Shown: one piece after another, positions 32,524 through 33,920 of the stretch
How positions within the stretch are numbered: the first letter of the stretch is position 1
How the letters are laid out: each line of letters opens with the position of its first letter
DNA from: Vannella sp.
Lineage: Eukaryota
Reading direction: 5' to 3'
Length of the DNA: 33,920 bases
NCBI GenBank assembly: GCA_023345925.1
Contig: JAJQQN010000617.1
Coordinates: forward strand, 1 to 33,920
Notes under the pieces: generated by a model
Databases searched by the model: none
Told to the model about the DNA's origin: nothing
Seen by the model: only the letters and a program-made list of their open reading frames with translations
Program-made: the position numbers and the translations under genes

Positions 32524-33499
32524 TCATTCATTCAGGAGAAGGTCAAGTTCTGGATCATCCAAATCCACGATAACACCTTCCTCCAAGTCAGGGTCGTCGC
32601 CCAGGTCCAAATCGTCGAGATCGAGGTCCAAGTCGAAGTCCTCTCCCATCTCTTTCAGCTCTTGTTCGAGCTCTCTCTCTCGTGACTTGGCCTGTTCCTC
32701 TTCAGGGTCCATTTGGTTGGAAGGCAGAGAACTGGAAGCTGGTGTTGACACTTCCCTTTGAGGGACCGGTCGAGAGTTGGGGTGTGATCGGGGAGGCCGC
32801 ACGAGGAGCAGTCCATCATGGCCAGTTGGGCGCTCTGTGGCCGGAGACGAGGGGTCCATGATAGTGGCTTTGATGATGAAGACGTGGGCGAAGTAGTTAT
32901 ACCAGAAAGGGTCCTCCTTGACCTTGTGCGGCACCAGGAGGAAACGCATTCTATCTAACTTGGGGTCCACTTCCAACATGGCTCGTGCCAGGTCTGCATC
33001 AAACACGTACTGCCATGATTGCAACATAGCGGCATCCTGGGGAGGATGGAGAAAAGTCCACTTCTCCTGTTGGTCGGTCAGACCTGGTGATCCAGTTTCT
33101 GGCCGAGAGTAGTTACCTCAGAGAGCAAGAGGATCTGCTTCTTGATTACTTGCTCCTTGTCGCAAAGTTCTTCGGGCAGTTCCCATGGAAGACGCACGGT
33201 AGATTTGGTTCCTTCACCGCCTTCTGTAGAGTGAGTTTGAGTGCTCTGGCGGGACAAAGGAGCCCACCCTCAGTGTTCTGAGCCATAGAGTGTATGAGAG
33301 TCTTTGTGGCCTCTGTTGCCTCGGCCATCTTCGCTTTAGTTGCAACCGCATACACTTTAGTCGCTTCCGTAGCTTCTGCAACCTTCGCCTTGGTCACCTC
33401 TGTTGCCTCTGCAAGCTTCCCCAGTGCTGTTTCCGTCAACTTTGCCGTCCAACCCCAGCCCCAGCCCGAGGCCTGGTCTGGCGTGTCATCCGGTTCCAT
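32524..33499 (-). CDS. BSD-domain protein, SYAP1-like; introns 33224-33267 and 33067-33116
   Basis: LPWE..IKKQILLLSE..FLHPP; MLEVDPKLDRMRFLLVPHKVKEDPFWYNYF; acidic tail. Confidence 0.8.
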
Positions 33500-33534
33500 G
33501 ATGGCGGAGAGGAAATGAACAAATAACGATGATT

Positions 33535-33920
33535 TTAATGTCGGAACAATTTAGCGAGCCCATGGAGCGGTCCTGATGGGTTTTGGCGGAGCTTCATTTC
33601 CTGTTCTCCTAACACGTAGAAGAGTCCCTCGAGGGCCTTCTTGACGGTGAACTGGCCCAAGTCAATGTTGAAGATGTTAAGGCCTGGGATGCGAGTGGCC
33701 ATGCTTTGAAGCTCTTGAAAGTGGCGGGTAACTTGGCAGCTTTCCATGGACTGGGTGACAATGGGCGCGTACGCCGACTCTAACTCTCTCTCGGATTGTT
33801 GCCGAAAGAAGGTGGTGGCCGCTGAGCCTTCTCCACCGATGGTCAGGCTCGCCATGTCGTTCGTCGACAGCGAGCTGATGAACCTCTGAAAGATAGGAAG
33901 AGCTGCACTGGCTGCTTGCT
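33535..33920 (-). CDS. DUF4197-family protein, 3' part (5' end outside the window)
   Basis: The frame stays open to the window edge: QAASAALPIFQRFI..GGEGSAATTFFRQ..APIV..DLGQFTVKKALEGLFYVLGEQEMKLRQNP resembles the DUF4197 pattern A.PIFVDAI..GG..AATQYFR..LD.YVT.KALDGLF..IAEEE..IR.NP. Confidence 0.75.
   Translation of the reverse strand, partial: QAASAALPIFQRFISSLSTNDMASLTIGGEGSAATTFFRQQSERELESAYAPIVTQSMESCQVTRHFQELQSMATRIPGLNIFNIDLGQFTVKKALEGLFYVLGEQEMKLRQNPSGPLHGLAKLFRH

Noticed and set aside
3176..33499. Many broken ORFs suggesting pseudogenes, frameshifting or a variant genetic code
   Set aside because: All breaks resolve with 44-76-nt introns, and TAA, TAG and TGA are all used as normal stops

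Overview
Gene-dense eukaryotic (protist) DNA in the standard genetic code. The gene content (class I PI3K, DEP/REM RasGEFs, class II PRPP synthetase) looks Amoebozoa-like, which is inference only. I modelled 19 protein-coding genes by hand, with about 54 small spliceosomal introns (44-76 nt, mostly 45-60) and intergenic gaps as short as 31-45 bp. Genes in order: GPI-anchored mucin-like surface protein, cyclin-fold/ankyrin fusion, class II PRS, pepsin-like pseudoprotease, NDUFA8, AP-3 sigma, class I PI3K, UNC-50, V-ATPase e, TMA7, SMPD4-like, LRR/LF-motif/tandem-SCP2 protein, ankyrin/ubiquitin-like protein, CINP, two tandem RasGEFs, XPF, OLA1, a SYAP1-like BSD protein and a partial DUF4197 gene. 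The best-supported unusual signal is a consensus U12-type AT-AC intron in the PI3K gene, directly after a GC-AG intron. A second GC-AG intron reveals a DEP domain missed by the ORF track. All family calls are from motif recognition, not database searches.
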